A stretch of 64,000 nucleotides of DNA from Antedon mediterranea (GCF_964355755.1 NC_092677.1:23485175-23549174), one strand, 5' to 3'. Positions 47,508-60,292 are shown, counted from the stretch's first letter. Notes: generated from the letters alone by a model not told the origin. Numbers and translations: made by a program.

Positions 47508-50307
47508 AAATCCCCCTCAACCCCACCAAGAACAAATCCCCCTCAACCCCACCAAGAACAAATCCCCCTCAACCCCACCAAGAACAAATCCCCCTCAACC
47601 CCACCAAGAACAAATCCCCCTCAACCCCACCAAGAACAAATCCCCCTCAACCCTACCAAGAAGAAATCCCCCTCAACCCCTACCAAGAAGAAATCCCCCT
47701 CAACCCCTACCAAGAAGAAATCCCCCTCAACCCCTACCAAGAAGAAATCCCCCTCAACCCCACCAAGAACAAATCCCCCTCAACCCCACCAAGAACAAAT
47801 CCCCCTCAACCCCACCAAGAACAAATCTCCCTCAACCCCACCAAGAACAAATCTCCCTCAACCCCACCAAGAACAAATCTCCCTCAACCCCACCAAGAAC
47901 AAATCCCCCTCAACCCCACCAAGAACAAATCCCCCTCAACCCCACCAAGAACAAATCCCCCTCAACCCCACCAAGAACAAATCCCCCTCAACCCCACCAA
48001 GAACAAATCCCCCTCAACCCCACCAAGAACAAATCCCCCTCAACCCCACCAAGAACAAATCTCCCTCAACCCCACCAAGAACAAATCTCCCTCAACCCCA
48101 CCAAGAACAAATCCCCCTCAACCCCACCAAGAACAAATCCCCCTCAACCCCACCAAGAACAAATCCCCCTCAACCCCACCAAGAACAAATCCCCCTCAAC
48201 CCCACCAAGAACAAATCCCCCTCAACCCCACCAAGAACAAATCCCCCTCAACCCCACCAAGAACAAATCCCCCTCAACCCCACCAAGAACAAATCCCCCT
48301 CAACCCCACCAAGAACAAATCCCCCTCAACCCCACCAAGAACAAATCCCCCTCAACCCCACCAAGAACAAATCCCCCTCAACCCCACCAAGAACAAATCC
48401 CCCTCAACCCCACCAAGAACAAATCCCCCTCAACCCCACCAAGAACAAATCCCCCTCAACCCCACCAAGAACAAATCCCCCTCAACCCCACCAAGAACAA
48501 ATCCCCCTCAACCCCACCAAGAACAAATCCCCCTCAACCCCACCAAGAACAAATCCCCCTCAACCCCACCAAGAACAAATCCCCCTCAACCCCTACCAAG
48601 AACAAATCCCCCTCAACCCCTACCAAGAACAAATCCCCCTCAACCCCTACCAAGAACAAATCCCCCTCAACCCCTACCAAGAACAAATCCCCCTCAACCC
48701 CTACCAAGAACAAATCCCCCTCAACCCCTACCAAGAACAAATCCCCCTCAACCCCTACCAAGAACAAATCCCCCTCAACCCCTACCAAGAACAAATCCCC
48801 CTCAACCCCTACCAAGAACAAATCCCCCTCAACCCCTACCAAGAACAAATCCCCCTCAACCCCTACCAAGAACAAATCCCCCTCAACCCCACCAAGAACA
48901 AATCCCCCTCAACCCCACCAAGAACAAATCCCCCTCAACCCCACCAAGAACAAATCCCCCTCAACCCCACCAAGAACAAATCCCCCTCAACCCCACCAAG
49001 AACAAATCCCCCTCAACCCCACCAAGAACAAATCCCCCTCAACCCCACCAAGAACCAATCCCCCTCAACCCCACCAAGAACCAATCCCCCTCAACCCCAC
49101 CAAGAACAAATCCCCCTCAACCCCACCAAGAACAAATCCCCCTCAACCCCACCAAGAACAAATCCCCCTCAACCCCACCAAGAACAAATCTCCCTCAACC
49201 CCACCAAGAACAAATCTCCCTCAACCCCACCAAGAACAAATCTCCCTCAACCCCACCAAGAACAAATCCCCCTCAACCCCACCAAGAACAAATCCCCCTC
49301 AACCCCACCAAGAACAAATCCCCCTCAACCCCACCAAGAACAAATCCCCCTCAACCCCACCAAGAACAAATCCCCCTCAACCCCACCAAGAACAAATCCC
49401 CCTCAACCCCACCAAGAACAAATCCCCCTCAACCCCACCAAGAACAAATCCCCCTCAACCCCACCAAGAACAAATCCCCCTCAACCCCACCAAGAACAAA
49501 TCCCCCTCAACCCCACCAAGAACAAATCCCCCTCAACCCCACCAAGAACAAATCCCCCTCAACCCCACCAAGAACAAATCCCCCTCAACCCCACCAAGAA
49601 CAAATCCCCCTCAACCCCACCAAGAACAAATCCCCCTCAACCCCACCAAGAACAAATCCCCCTCAACCCCACCAAGAACAAATCCCCCTCAACCCCACCA
49701 AGAACAAATCCCCCTCAACCCCACCAAGAACAAATCCCCCTCAACCCCACCAAGAACAAATCCCCCTCAACCCCACCAAGAACAAATCCCCCTCAACCCC
49801 ACCAAGAACAAATCCCCCTCAACCCCACCAAGAACAAATCCCCCTCAACCCCACCAAGAACAAATCCCCCTCAACCCCACCAAGAACAAATCCCCCTCAA
49901 CCCCACCAAGAACAAATCCCCCTCAACCCCACCAAGAACAAATCCCCCTCAACCCCACCAAGAACAAATCCCCCTCAACCCCACCAAGAACAAATCCCCC
50001 TCAACCCCACCAAGAACAAATCTCCCTCAACCCCACCAAGAACAAATCTCCCTCAACCCCACCAAGAACAAATCTCCCTCAACCCCACCAAGAACAAATC
50101 CCCCTCAACCCCACCAAGAACAAATCCCCCTCAACCCCACCAAGAACAAATCCCCCTCAACCCCACCAAGAACAAATTCCCCTCAACCCCACCAAGAACA
50201 AATCCCCCTCAACCCCACCAAGAACAAATCCCCCTCAACCCCACCAAGAACAAATCCCCCTCAACCCCACCAAGAACAAATCCCCCTCAACCCCACCAAG
50301 AACAAAT
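47508..50307. repeat. 26-bp C-rich minisatellite, ~2.8 kb (~105 copies), with 27-bp variant blocks
   Basis: Unit AAATCCCCCTCAACCCCACCAAGAAC. Blocks of ...CCCCTACCAAG... occur at ~47640-47750 and ~48580-48870. Confidence 0.98.
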
Positions 50308-50994
50308 TCGACTATTTTTTAAATAAAACAATTCAAACAGCAACAATAGTTGGTTACATAATATCTAAATACAGTAATATAATGTGGCTGGCAAGTCCAC
50401 GGTCTAGCCTTTGGCTATCTATTTAGAAAAATGAAGAAAATAATAAAAAATAAAAAAAACAGAGCTAGAATAATATATTCAATTTTGACAGAAAAGTTAA
50501 AAATATAGTATTATGGGCAAGTAAAGTATGAAAAATCAAATTTACATAAAGCCGTAAAATAAATGAGATATTTCACGAATGTTCAAAGTATGCTTTAAGT
50601 CTGATTGCTAGATCAGTTGAATCCATTTCAATTTATGTACAGTTTGTTGCAAAATTCATCAAGCCAAAAGAAAATCCCTCATTTATTAGAATTTGGAGAA
50701 TTTACAAATCCAACAATGAATTACACACAAATGTTATTATAGAACTTTATACATGTTAAAACTTTGTATTCTAAGAAAAATATATATTTGCTGTATAAAC
50801 ATTTAAGGTGTTATAAATGGCTTTCATTGGACTATAGAAATGTTCAGAAAGTCTGAAGCCTTGAAGTACAGTTCAAGCCCTGGAAAGATGTTGTATTAAC
50901 TTACTTCAAGTTTAATTACTACAGACAATGTATTCCAAATAAGTTTCAGGAGTGCTACTTCCACATTGAGATATGTACTAGAAAACTAGTGTAA

Positions 50995-51154
50995 AGCTCT
51001 GTCTGCAATATCAAACTAGTTTGACAAAAAAGTGTGATGTGCCCAAATATGGTAGTGATATACTCAAATATGGTAGTGATATGACATCATCATGTTCATA
51101 TATGGACACATCACGTTTTTTTTTGTCAAATAAAGTTTGATAGTGTAGACAGCT
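50995..51154. mobile_element. PIF/Harbinger-like hairpin MITE
   Basis: Long imperfect inverted arms (AGCT..GTCT.CA.TATCAAACT...TTTGACAAAAAA..GTGATGTG.CCA), with TAA and TTA flanks. Confidence 0.75.
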
Positions 51155-52037
51155 TTATGTAGATGGCATTACAATTTTTTACATCAAAGCTCACATATTT
51201 TATCATTTCAAGTTAATAATTACATAACTTTACATCATACGTCTGAAAATACTATTAGAGCAGAAACACCCAATACTATAGTTTAAATTATTTAGTTAAG
51301 TATTTAACAATACTTAACTTCATCATGTTAATAAAGTAACATTAAAGATAATAATATTGTATGGAAATTTTTTATTTTTAAAATGTTTTTTTTTTAATAA
51401 TGCCATTTTAATGTCACATACGGTAATAGTTATTCACTTTGACTGACCAAATACTGGATCCACAGAAACAAAATATACAATTACTAGCTATGTACGCTGT
51501 TCTTAACAATTCGGATATAAATACATAGACCCTTAAGCAATTCTTACGAGTTGTCAATTTAACAGACACTTTTAAAAATCTTGTATCGTCCTAGTTCTGT
51601 AGTTTGAATAAGAAACTGAATCTGTAGCCTAATGAATAGGTCTATATATTTTTAAACAATGTACATATTTTGTAATTTAATGCAATAAGTAATTCATGTT
51701 TTGGTGTCATGTTAAACGAATGAAAGTATAATGAAGATTTATATTCAAAATGCTTTTTAGCTTAAATTAAAAAGCTATTTTATGCAGAATACCGAATAAT
51801 GAAGCTGTTAAAACACAAGTTTATAATACTTTAGTTACAGTCTTCTAATAATAAGCACTAAGTATGACCTTTAAATTACAATTTCTTCTCCTCAAAAACT
51901 TATTTTGATCGTTTTCACACAAAATTAATCCAGTCAATAGAACTGAACTTTAAGTTTTGCAATGAAATGGTAATTTCTCGCGCTGTAGTATAGTAAGATA
52001 TTAAACATAGTCCTATCATCGAACTTATCAACTTTAA

Positions 52038-52350
52038 TGATGTATTGTCCCCCTGCAAAAATAATTAAACATTTTTTGTTGAATATACCATTTTAATGTT
52101 CCATATTAGTTATCCACTTTGACCAAAAATTGGATTGAAAAAAATGTATTTACCTGAAAAACTGTAATTTAAAGCAAAACATAGTCAAATTTGCTGCCAG
52201 CCAATTGGTTTTTGGTTGAATTTTAACTAGTTTACTTTGTCTTTTTCGTTTTTTATCTACGGAAGTGATTAACTTTATTAAAAATACAAAATAACCCATT
52301 GAAATTACTCTTTATTTTTCTGGATGCGGGGGGGACAATACAGTACATCT
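52038..52350. mobile_element. Kolobok-like non-autonomous element, copy 2
   Basis: TTAA on both flanks. The left TIR is TGATGTATTGTCCCCC; the right is GGGGGACAATA[CAGTA]CATCT with a 5-bp insertion. The interior is shared with 20420-20756 and a fragment at ~51380-51470. Confidence 0.75.
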
Positions 52351-53549
52351 TTAAACAAAATCAAATTTGTTTACAAATAATCACTAAAATTCAGCTTGTC
52401 TTAGAAAACAGATAAAAACATCAAAAAATTTAGATTCAGATGGTGACAAATAAAAAAACAGGTATGAGAATGTTGAGATACAGATGATTGAAATTCAAAA
52501 ACATAGGTTAATAATGACAAGTTAATGGTAGGATAGGGAAATAAGTATCACCTCTAGCCTACGTAAAAGATGCAAGTCGTTGGTATTGTCTTTTATAATT
52601 TACAGATTTCAGACAACACGATAAAACTGTATGTGCTACAAATATGATGGAAGTATAAAAAAAAGTGTCAAATTTACGTCATAAAAAGACAGAAACAATA
52701 GCTGGTATTAAAATTAATTAAAGGGGACATGAACCACTGCAAAAACAAGGAAATTATTATTATAAGCACTAATATTTTTTCTATAATAAAAAATTATTGT
52801 GAGATGTTGATATGAAATAGGGGACACTGCTTCACAACTAGCAAAGCTACCCCTAGAAATTCTTTTTCCTTTTCCTCTTTTTCTTAATTAATTTTGTAAT
52901 GTATTTTAAACTGTGTATTAATACTTTGTATGTAGTTAAGTTCTTCTGGGGCCCCAGACATTTCATGTTATGGTGACTATGGTTGCTTATGGGTCCCAGG
53001 ACATGATGTCAAATAAATAAATGAAATGAAATCCCACTAAACATTAGTCATTGCTAGATGAAGATTTGTTAAAACGTTGCACACGTATGTATCTAATTAC
53101 TGGTTTTAATGTCAAGAATTGCATACAGATGATCAAGGATAAGCAATTACTTATAGAAACCGAGCCATGGGGTTTATTCCTCTAAAAATTCTATGAACAT
53201 GTGTGTACCTGGTCATGACAATGCCATTTCAAAATAAGGGGTTTGGATCTTGTCGTTTCTACATCCTTGACGACTGTTGTTGTTGTCAAGCACCTTCAAA
53301 GGGTTTTATTTTATGTAGAAGACAATATAAAAAAAAGAAAGGTCCAATTACTACCTCAAGAATGATCCAAATGACATCACAGATAGCAACCAATCATTCA
53401 GAACTTTAATCAAAACATATTTTGATAGATGACCAATTTTATAATGCTCCATATTACAATTTTCTATAAATTATACATTATACAAGAATAAAAATCTTAA
53501 ATTTGGCTATATATCAACTGAAAGGAACTAACTACACAAGAACGCTTAT

Positions 53550-54100
53550 AGAACTGAATAGAGCGAATGCTTATGGAACTGAATAGAGCAAACGAATGGA
53601 GGAAATGACTGGAAGAACTGAATGGAGCAACTGAATGGAGAAACTGAACAGAGCAACTGAATTGAGAAACTACTAGAAGAACAGAGCAATTGAATTGAAG
53701 AACTGAACAGAGCAACTTAACGGAGGAACTGACTGGAGCAACTGAACAGAGCAACTGAATGGAGCAACTAAATGGAGCAACTGAATGGAGGAACTAACTG
53801 GAGCAACTGAATTGAGGAACTGACTGAAAGAACTGACTGGAGAAACTGAATGGAGGAACTGAGCAAATGAATGGAGGAACTGAACAGAGCAACTGAACGG
53901 AGGAACTGACTGGAGCAACTGAACAGGGCAACTGAACGAAGGAACTGACTGGAGCAACTGAACAGAGCAACTGAATGGAGCAACTGAACCGAGGAACTGA
54001 CTGGAGCAACTGAAAGGAGTAACTGACTAGAGCAAATAAACAAAGCAATTGAATGGAGGAACTGAATTGAGAAACTGAATAGAGGAACTGAACAGAGCAA
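53550..54100. repeat. Degenerate ~13-bp purine-rich minisatellite
   Basis: Recurrent GAACTGAATGGAG / CAACTGAACAGAG / GAACTGACTGGAG units. Confidence 0.9.
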
Positions 54101-57100
54101 TATTTCAAGCATCAGAGACAGTGAAAGGGAAAATCTAATGAGAGTTATACAGTATATACACCTGTCTTGATGTGACTGGTAGATTGTTACAAATCACTTC
54201 ATAGTAATAACAAATCTATACATAGCATGTGCTGCTGCAAGTGTGGCTCATTAATTATCTATAAACACCTAAACGATACATGCTAGGATACTAATTATTC
54301 AATTATGAATAAAGGCTCTACATCACTCATTCATCAACAAATAACGATCATTTTTGCCTTTGGTCTGCTTCTGCAAACTGACCAAAGACATACATTATAT
54401 AGTTCAACTTGGATGCAATGAAATCAATGTAAGAAAATGCCCTTTCAACAGTTTCCTCATCCCTGCAAAAATACATACATATTTCACAGTCATAGAATTT
54501 GAATTCAGGTGTAACAAACAGTTACTTTAGAAGAATGAAAGTAATTAGACAGATTAACTTCTAGAGGGCCAATTATAGAGTCATACAGTATTTGACTCAG
54601 TTGATATGCTTCTTGGTTTATGATTTTTTGTTTCTTTTATGCATCTTTTAGGTATCAATGAGTCACATGAATTGGCCTGCTAGAGCTGAGTTTGCCTAAC
54701 ACTAACAGCTTGTCGTTTGTCTAAAAAAAGTTTGTGTTTAGGTGTTAGGAAAATGTCAAGGCATCTAATTTCAGATTTTATGATAGGTTTGATAAAAAAA
54801 TAAATTTTTTCTATTTTCAGACACTGCAAAAAGAGCAATATAAACATTGAATTTGATTATCTCACAATGACCCCTCAAAAGTAAGAGGTTTAGAGTAAAC
54901 AAAATATAGTTATCAGTATCTGACATGGTCCATCTAGTAAAATCTTTTAGAATCAGGAAATATAGTACGAAATACACATGCTGTAGAATGATAATGAATA
55001 AAAATGTGACATAATCCCTACAGGGATTATATTGACAATTCTAAAGACACAAAAACACACCGATGAAATGTTTGGCGAGATGTCACTACTTTGTATGTCG
55101 CACAGAAGACCTGAATCAAATGACTCTTGCAAGAAAACAAAAATCGATAAAAAGTGGCATTGACTGATCATGTGACATGAAAACGATGCCTGCCAGACAT
55201 AATCGTTGTAGGCATCATTGATCCAGCAGCAGAATGGCCAAAGCATCAACAACTAAGTGCAAAATCAATGTATCAGATTTCAATTTTTTTTTACTACGCC
55301 TTATTCCAATTCACATGCTATTTATGGAATCAAATCAATATTACGGACCTCAGTGTCTACCCAGCTGGCGTCCCTAGAGATTACAGGGTGAGAAATCAAA
55401 TAAGATTAGAGAAGATTTCTATAGACCAAAGATGCAACCACTCACTCATAACTAGATCAATCAACATCAATCAATAATCTTTTTGTTGTAATTGCATATT
55501 AGTGGATCACAACCAAAATTAAAACCTGTTTACGCAATTCTCATTCAAATTTATTTACTCAATAAATTTGAATATACGTCCAAAATGTTTTCCTTAAGGT
55601 GTAAACAAACCATTCCCCCACTTCATAATTTTTACAGAATATTGCAAAAATTTAAATAGATGATGGCTTACATCATTATTACTGCAGAGTACTTAAACTA
55701 CGTGTTAAACTACATGCTTTTCGATCACCAAGTAAGAGCAACAGATGAAGTCATGTCACCGAAAGCTTAACTCCCATCACCCCGTGCTGGCCACATGCTC
55801 TTAACTCTGTGAGGCACGAATCAACAAATTATAATTTATATCATAATTTACCAAACCAGACATATTCCCCACTATAATTTTACATCCATACAACTTTCAT
55901 ATTATTGTGGTCCGAAGAACTAGGATAACATTGTGTGTTGCTTCTTAGTATGTTCAGATTCATATCATTGTCGATTGAAACAAACTTACATCCTCTCAAC
56001 TTTGTTTACACAGAGAAGGGGAAAACCCTGTTGCAAAACACACCCCCTCACCGATTTATTATAAAGAGTGGGTAATAAAATAAATAAAAGACAAAATTAA
56101 AGCTTTTTTAACAACAACATCAAATGGTTTCTTCGAGCTTAAACAAATCATAAACATAAAGTATAAAAATAACATTTCAATTTATAGAAGTTCAAAATAT
56201 TTCAGATCAGTAAACTCATCTCTCAAATGTTAAAAAATAAGTATAAACCACAAATTCTGACCCAAATTGCAAAATATAAAACAATATCAACATTATTATT
56301 ACACATAAACAGTTCTAAACTAATATTTGATGACAGACGGTTATGTATTGCATCAATGTATTTTTTATAAATGCTTGTGGAACTGAGCATTTAGTTGCGT
56401 TGATATTAACACTGACGCCTAATCACAAAGTTATGCAGTTAACGAATATGGCATCTGTAAGTTCATCATTCACGTGAACAACAAACTTTTAATACAAAAA
56501 AAGGTGCAGTTTAACAGGAACATTTTAGGTCTAACACTATCTTTTATAAAATAATATTTATCGTTCATCTTGTATTGGAAATAGTCCTTCCCGTCCATAG
56601 TGCTTGTATACACTCACACTCCTGTAACACTTTTGGCTACTGTATAGGCTTGCTTTGACAAATCCGTTTGAAACTCACTAATATTCCAAATTATTTTGTT
56701 GGGCGGATAAGAGAACAACGCAAGATATAGGTAAAGAATCATAATTCAAGACAGCTGGCTCTGCCTGTCCTTCAGATTGAACAGTAAGCTGTTGGTCCAA
56801 TGTGATTTAAACGAGTGTCTATGTTAGGTGGTGATTCGTTACTGTGTCTGACTGTGTGTGGGCCTGTATTATTGTTGACATTATAATAAGTATTGTACAG
56901 TGGTAGAGAAAGATGTATGCCCTGACAAGGGATTTCATGAATGCGAACAGTTTGTGGGGTATATTACCAACCAAAAAGTTTTTAAAAAATGCAAAAAATT
57001 GATGAAACCAATCAATTCCCATTTGTTTTGGATGTACTGAAATCCAAATATTTATTTAGTTAAGATATGAATTATTGTCATATTTTTCTCATCCCACCAT

Positions 57101-58337
57101 CTCTTCTCCTCGTATTATACTCCCTGTTGAGAAGTAGAAAGAAAACATGAAAGATCAACAGCAAGCCAGCCATAATTACTATGTTTATGTTTAAAAAAAA
57201 CACTGTTTATGTTTGAAGGAGATAAATTTAATTGAGATAATCACTACAAAAACCATTTCAAATGTCACATAAACATCAAAAAAGTCTTTTAAGTAACACC
57301 GTTAAAGTGCTTTTGATGATTGCAATTGGATAGAGTGCATGATTTCTGCCTCGGCATAGTAGCAGAATTCAACAAGAAAACATCTATTTTAGCTTTTAAC
57401 ATTTGAAACATTTTCATCTTAACAAAATAATAGCCTGCAGATCACGGGCATCGGCAAGGAGAAGATGTTGTAAAAAATCAAAGTATTTAATGATGTGTTT
57501 CTTTATTAAATATTATTGATAAGACACTGGGGCTTTTTCATTAATTGGTTACTGAATCCGTCTGAATACTTATGGAATAAAGTAAATATGTATAAATATT
57601 CACTAGGCAATTTAAAAAAAAAAAACGAAATAAAATAAATATTAAGCCTAACATTAAAATAATAATTTAATAAACAATAAATGAAAACATTCCACGAGGC
57701 AGATCTAAGGTCTCTCTATAGGGACATCCAGAATTGAATTAAAGTACAACAAAATCATCACCTAAACATCTAATACCAAGTTATATCCAGTTAAACTAGC
57801 GTTGAAATTATGAATTTGCAATGCCTACTAAATAAAAAAAACAAATTTAAATATTGTCATAATAAGATCTTCTCTATCTATACTTAAAATAGATTTAAAC
57901 CACTACTGATGCAAGACCACACACTGGTGAAAAACTTTTATAAAAATAATCTATTTAATTTCTAATAGTAATTTACAAGATCTTGTGGTATTTGTGAATT
58001 TATATAATTTATGCTTGAGACATCGTCACTGAGGCATGTTTCGGCAAATTCTCTGGGACAGTGTGGTAGTGTCGAGTACTGTAAAGCTTGCTTCTCACTT
58101 GCACGTGTCATAATGACGTAGGGACAACGCAAGTGATTCATCACATTATGATTGTGTTGAGCTTAAATCCTTGAGTTACGTCAAAGTGAGAACAAAGCTT
58201 ACCGTAATAAATACAGTAGGTAGATTTTAAAAAGTATGTACAAAAACTTGTAAAACTATTAGTATTATACAAAAAATGTTTACCATGTTTACTGTACTTA
58301 AGTTATGTATTGTTTGAAGATTTGCATGGCGAAATCA

Positions 58338-58505
58338 AATGTTGATATAAAGTTTGCGGTACACCACGTATATTAGTTCCGAAAAGAACTCTTGAGTTTC
58401 TCACTCCTGAGGATGATCAAAGCATATTGATCGAAACGTCGAGAAACTCAAAAGTTCTTTTCAGAACTAATATATGTGGTGTACCGCAAACTTTATATCA
58501 ACATT
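58338..58505 (+). mobile_element. Hairpin-hammerhead element, best-preserved copy (65-bp inverted arms)
   Basis: Arms 58338-58402 and 58441-58505 are reverse complements at 62/65 positions. Same family as the copies at 30441 and 30929. Confidence 0.9.
58400..58447 (+). ncRNA. Minimal type I hammerhead ribozyme
   Basis: CTGAGGA (58407-58413), one extra T, stem II GATCAA-agcata-TTGATC (58415-58432), GAAA (58433-58436), palindromic mini stem III ACGT, and cleavage triplet GTC (cut after 58440). Stem I is CTC/GAG, with the long arms pairing beyond it. Confidence 0.8.
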
Positions 58506-59081
58506 GGAACACTATGGAAGCACTATGGAAAATCATATAAAAAAACAAGTGTCTGTGTCTCTGCCTTAACAAAAACTCTGAACCTAGCTATATCACCATG
58601 GCCAAACTCTTGTACACACAGGACTTGCCCTATACCAATTTTCATCAGCATAGGAAACTTGCATCAGTAAGTATAATTACAAAGGCAAATTTGCTTTAAT
58701 AGATTATGTTTGTTTGTCCTGCTTCAATTTAAAAAACAAGTTGGCAAAGTTTGAATCTCTTTCCGATAAAGCCTACTGTAGATGTTCTGTACTTCTCGTT
58801 GGAATAAAATGTAATCCCATCACTAGGACAGGGCCTCATTACACAAATCTTAATCCTAATTCATCTGACGATTCTTCAAGTACCATAATATATTTATTTG
58901 CTTGATTTGACTTGATTTTATTTTATTTTATTCAGGTTTCAACATAAAATTACAAAGACAAAGATAAAAAATACAAATAGAAACATGCAAAGTATTGCAC
59001 AGTACACAAGAAACCTAGGATAGCCCATAAAGTCGAAAAAAAACCCAACTTATTTCCAATGGGGTCCTATTTGATAACCAT

Positions 59082-59590
59082 TTTCTATGGTATGTTGGTA
59101 ACCATTTTCTATGGTATGTTGGTAACCATTTTCTATGGTATGTTGGTAACCATTTTCTATGGTATGTTGGTAACCATTTTCTATGGTATGTTGGTAACCA
59201 TTTTCTATGGTATGTTGGTAAACATTTTCTATGGTATGTTTGGTAACCATTTTCTATGGTATGTTGGTAACCATTTTCTATGGTATGTTGGTAACCATTT
59301 TCTATGGTATGTTGGTAACCATTTTCTATGGTATGTTGGTAAACATTTTCTATGGTATGTTGGTAAACATTTTCTATGATATGTTGGTAAACATTTTCTA
59401 TGGTATGTTGGTAAACATTTTCTATGGTATGTTGTTAACCATTTTCTATGATATGTTGGTAACCATTTTCTATGGTATGTTGGTAAACATTTTCTATGGT
59501 ATGTTGGTAAACATTTTCTATGGTAGGTTGGTAAACATTTTCTATGGTATGTTGGTAACCATTTTCTATGGTATGTTGGTAAACATTTTC
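59082..59590. repeat. 24-bp minisatellite, ~21 copies
   Basis: Unit AA(C/A)CATTTTCTATGGTATGTTGGT. It is the source of four spurious ORFs. Confidence 0.97.
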
Positions 59591-59647
59591 CAGATAATAA
59601 TAATAGTTCTATATATAATACAGATAATAATAAATATAAAAACATAC

Positions 59648-59697
59648 CTGTAAATATTTGCTGGGCCTTGTTTCTTTTGCTTCTCATGTCCCATCCT
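59648..59697 (-). CDS. WDR89: WDR89 coding exon
   Basis: tatatttcag|A GGA...ACA G|gtatgt, 50 bp, phase 2/1. Reads (R)GWDMRSKRNKAQQIFT(G) (human KCWDARVAREKPVQLFKG). Confidence 0.93.
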
Positions 59698-59931
59698 CTG
59701 AAATATAAAATATTTTCAAATTTATATTTACCTAATCTATTGTTGTTATTGTAGTTAAAATTGTTCTATTTTATGACAGTCAAATGGCCAGCTGGTTTGA
59801 TTAAAAACCCTTTTTTTTTTTATTTTGGGTACAGTATAAAAAGAAAATTTCTTGCACTTGCAGTCTAACTTTTAAATTGATTTCATGTTAGTGTTGAGTG
59901 GTTATAACTGAACGAGGCACTACTGTACAAC

Positions 59932-60272
59932 GAGTCAAATGGCCGAGTAGTTAAGGCAGGGGCACCGTTTACCGTACTTTAAAAGAGCCAACAACATTGG
60001 CAAGGGTTCGAGGCCGACTCGCTCCTAGTTCTGCTGGTGGAACAAGTCTTCTCGGATAAGGACTATAAACCATAGGTCTAGTGTGCTGAGTTATTACCTG
60101 TGTGCACGTTAAAGAACCCAGTTTTTTTTTTCAGAAGAAAGGGGGTTACCCCGGTAAACTGGTTCACAAAATAGGCCCTGTATGTTGATTACCACCTATC
60201 TGATAGGACAGTGATTAATTCACTATTGGTAATCCTTGGCCACATTGCCTAAAGACATAAAATAAAAAATAA
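59932..60272 (+). mobile_element. Full-length tRNA-derived SINE with Deu/Nin core domain
   Basis: Pol III A box TGGCCGAGTAGTTAAGG and B box GGTTCGAGGCC. The core TCTCGGATAAGGACTATAAACC.TAGGTC...GTGCACGTTAAAGAACCC...GAAGAAAGGGGGTTACCCCGGT resembles the Deu domain. It has an A-rich tail, and a second copy lies at 42541. Confidence 0.85.
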
Positions 60273-60292
60273 GGCAAAATCATTATATTTAC

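Noticed and set aside
47471-50326. 951-aa proline-rich ORF (extensin/mucin-like)
   Set aside because: It is the translation of a 26-bp minisatellite that has no stop codon in any plus-strand frame. The unit is not a multiple of 3, and it lies antisense within a WDR89 intron.
53497-54112. Ser/Val/Phe-rich ORFs
   Set aside because: They are translations of a degenerate 13-bp repeat in all frames.
54394-54462. 69-bp cassette-exon candidate (tttttgcag|GGATG...AAT|gtatgt) on the minus strand
   Set aside because: It introduces a stop in the WDR89 frame, and the flanking real exons already join without a gap against the human protein. Splice-like signals alone are common in AT-rich introns.
56100-57030. 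Possible decayed LINE or transposase coding remnant
   Set aside because: The composition looks slightly coding-like, but I could not recover any recognisable motif or a sustained reading frame.
59050-59687. Four overlapping repetitive ORFs
   Set aside because: They are products of the 24-bp minisatellite. Only 59648-59697 is a real exon.
59932-60025. tRNA gene
   Set aside because: A and B boxes are present, but there is no convincing cloverleaf or T-run terminator, and the sequence continues into a SINE body that has other copies.
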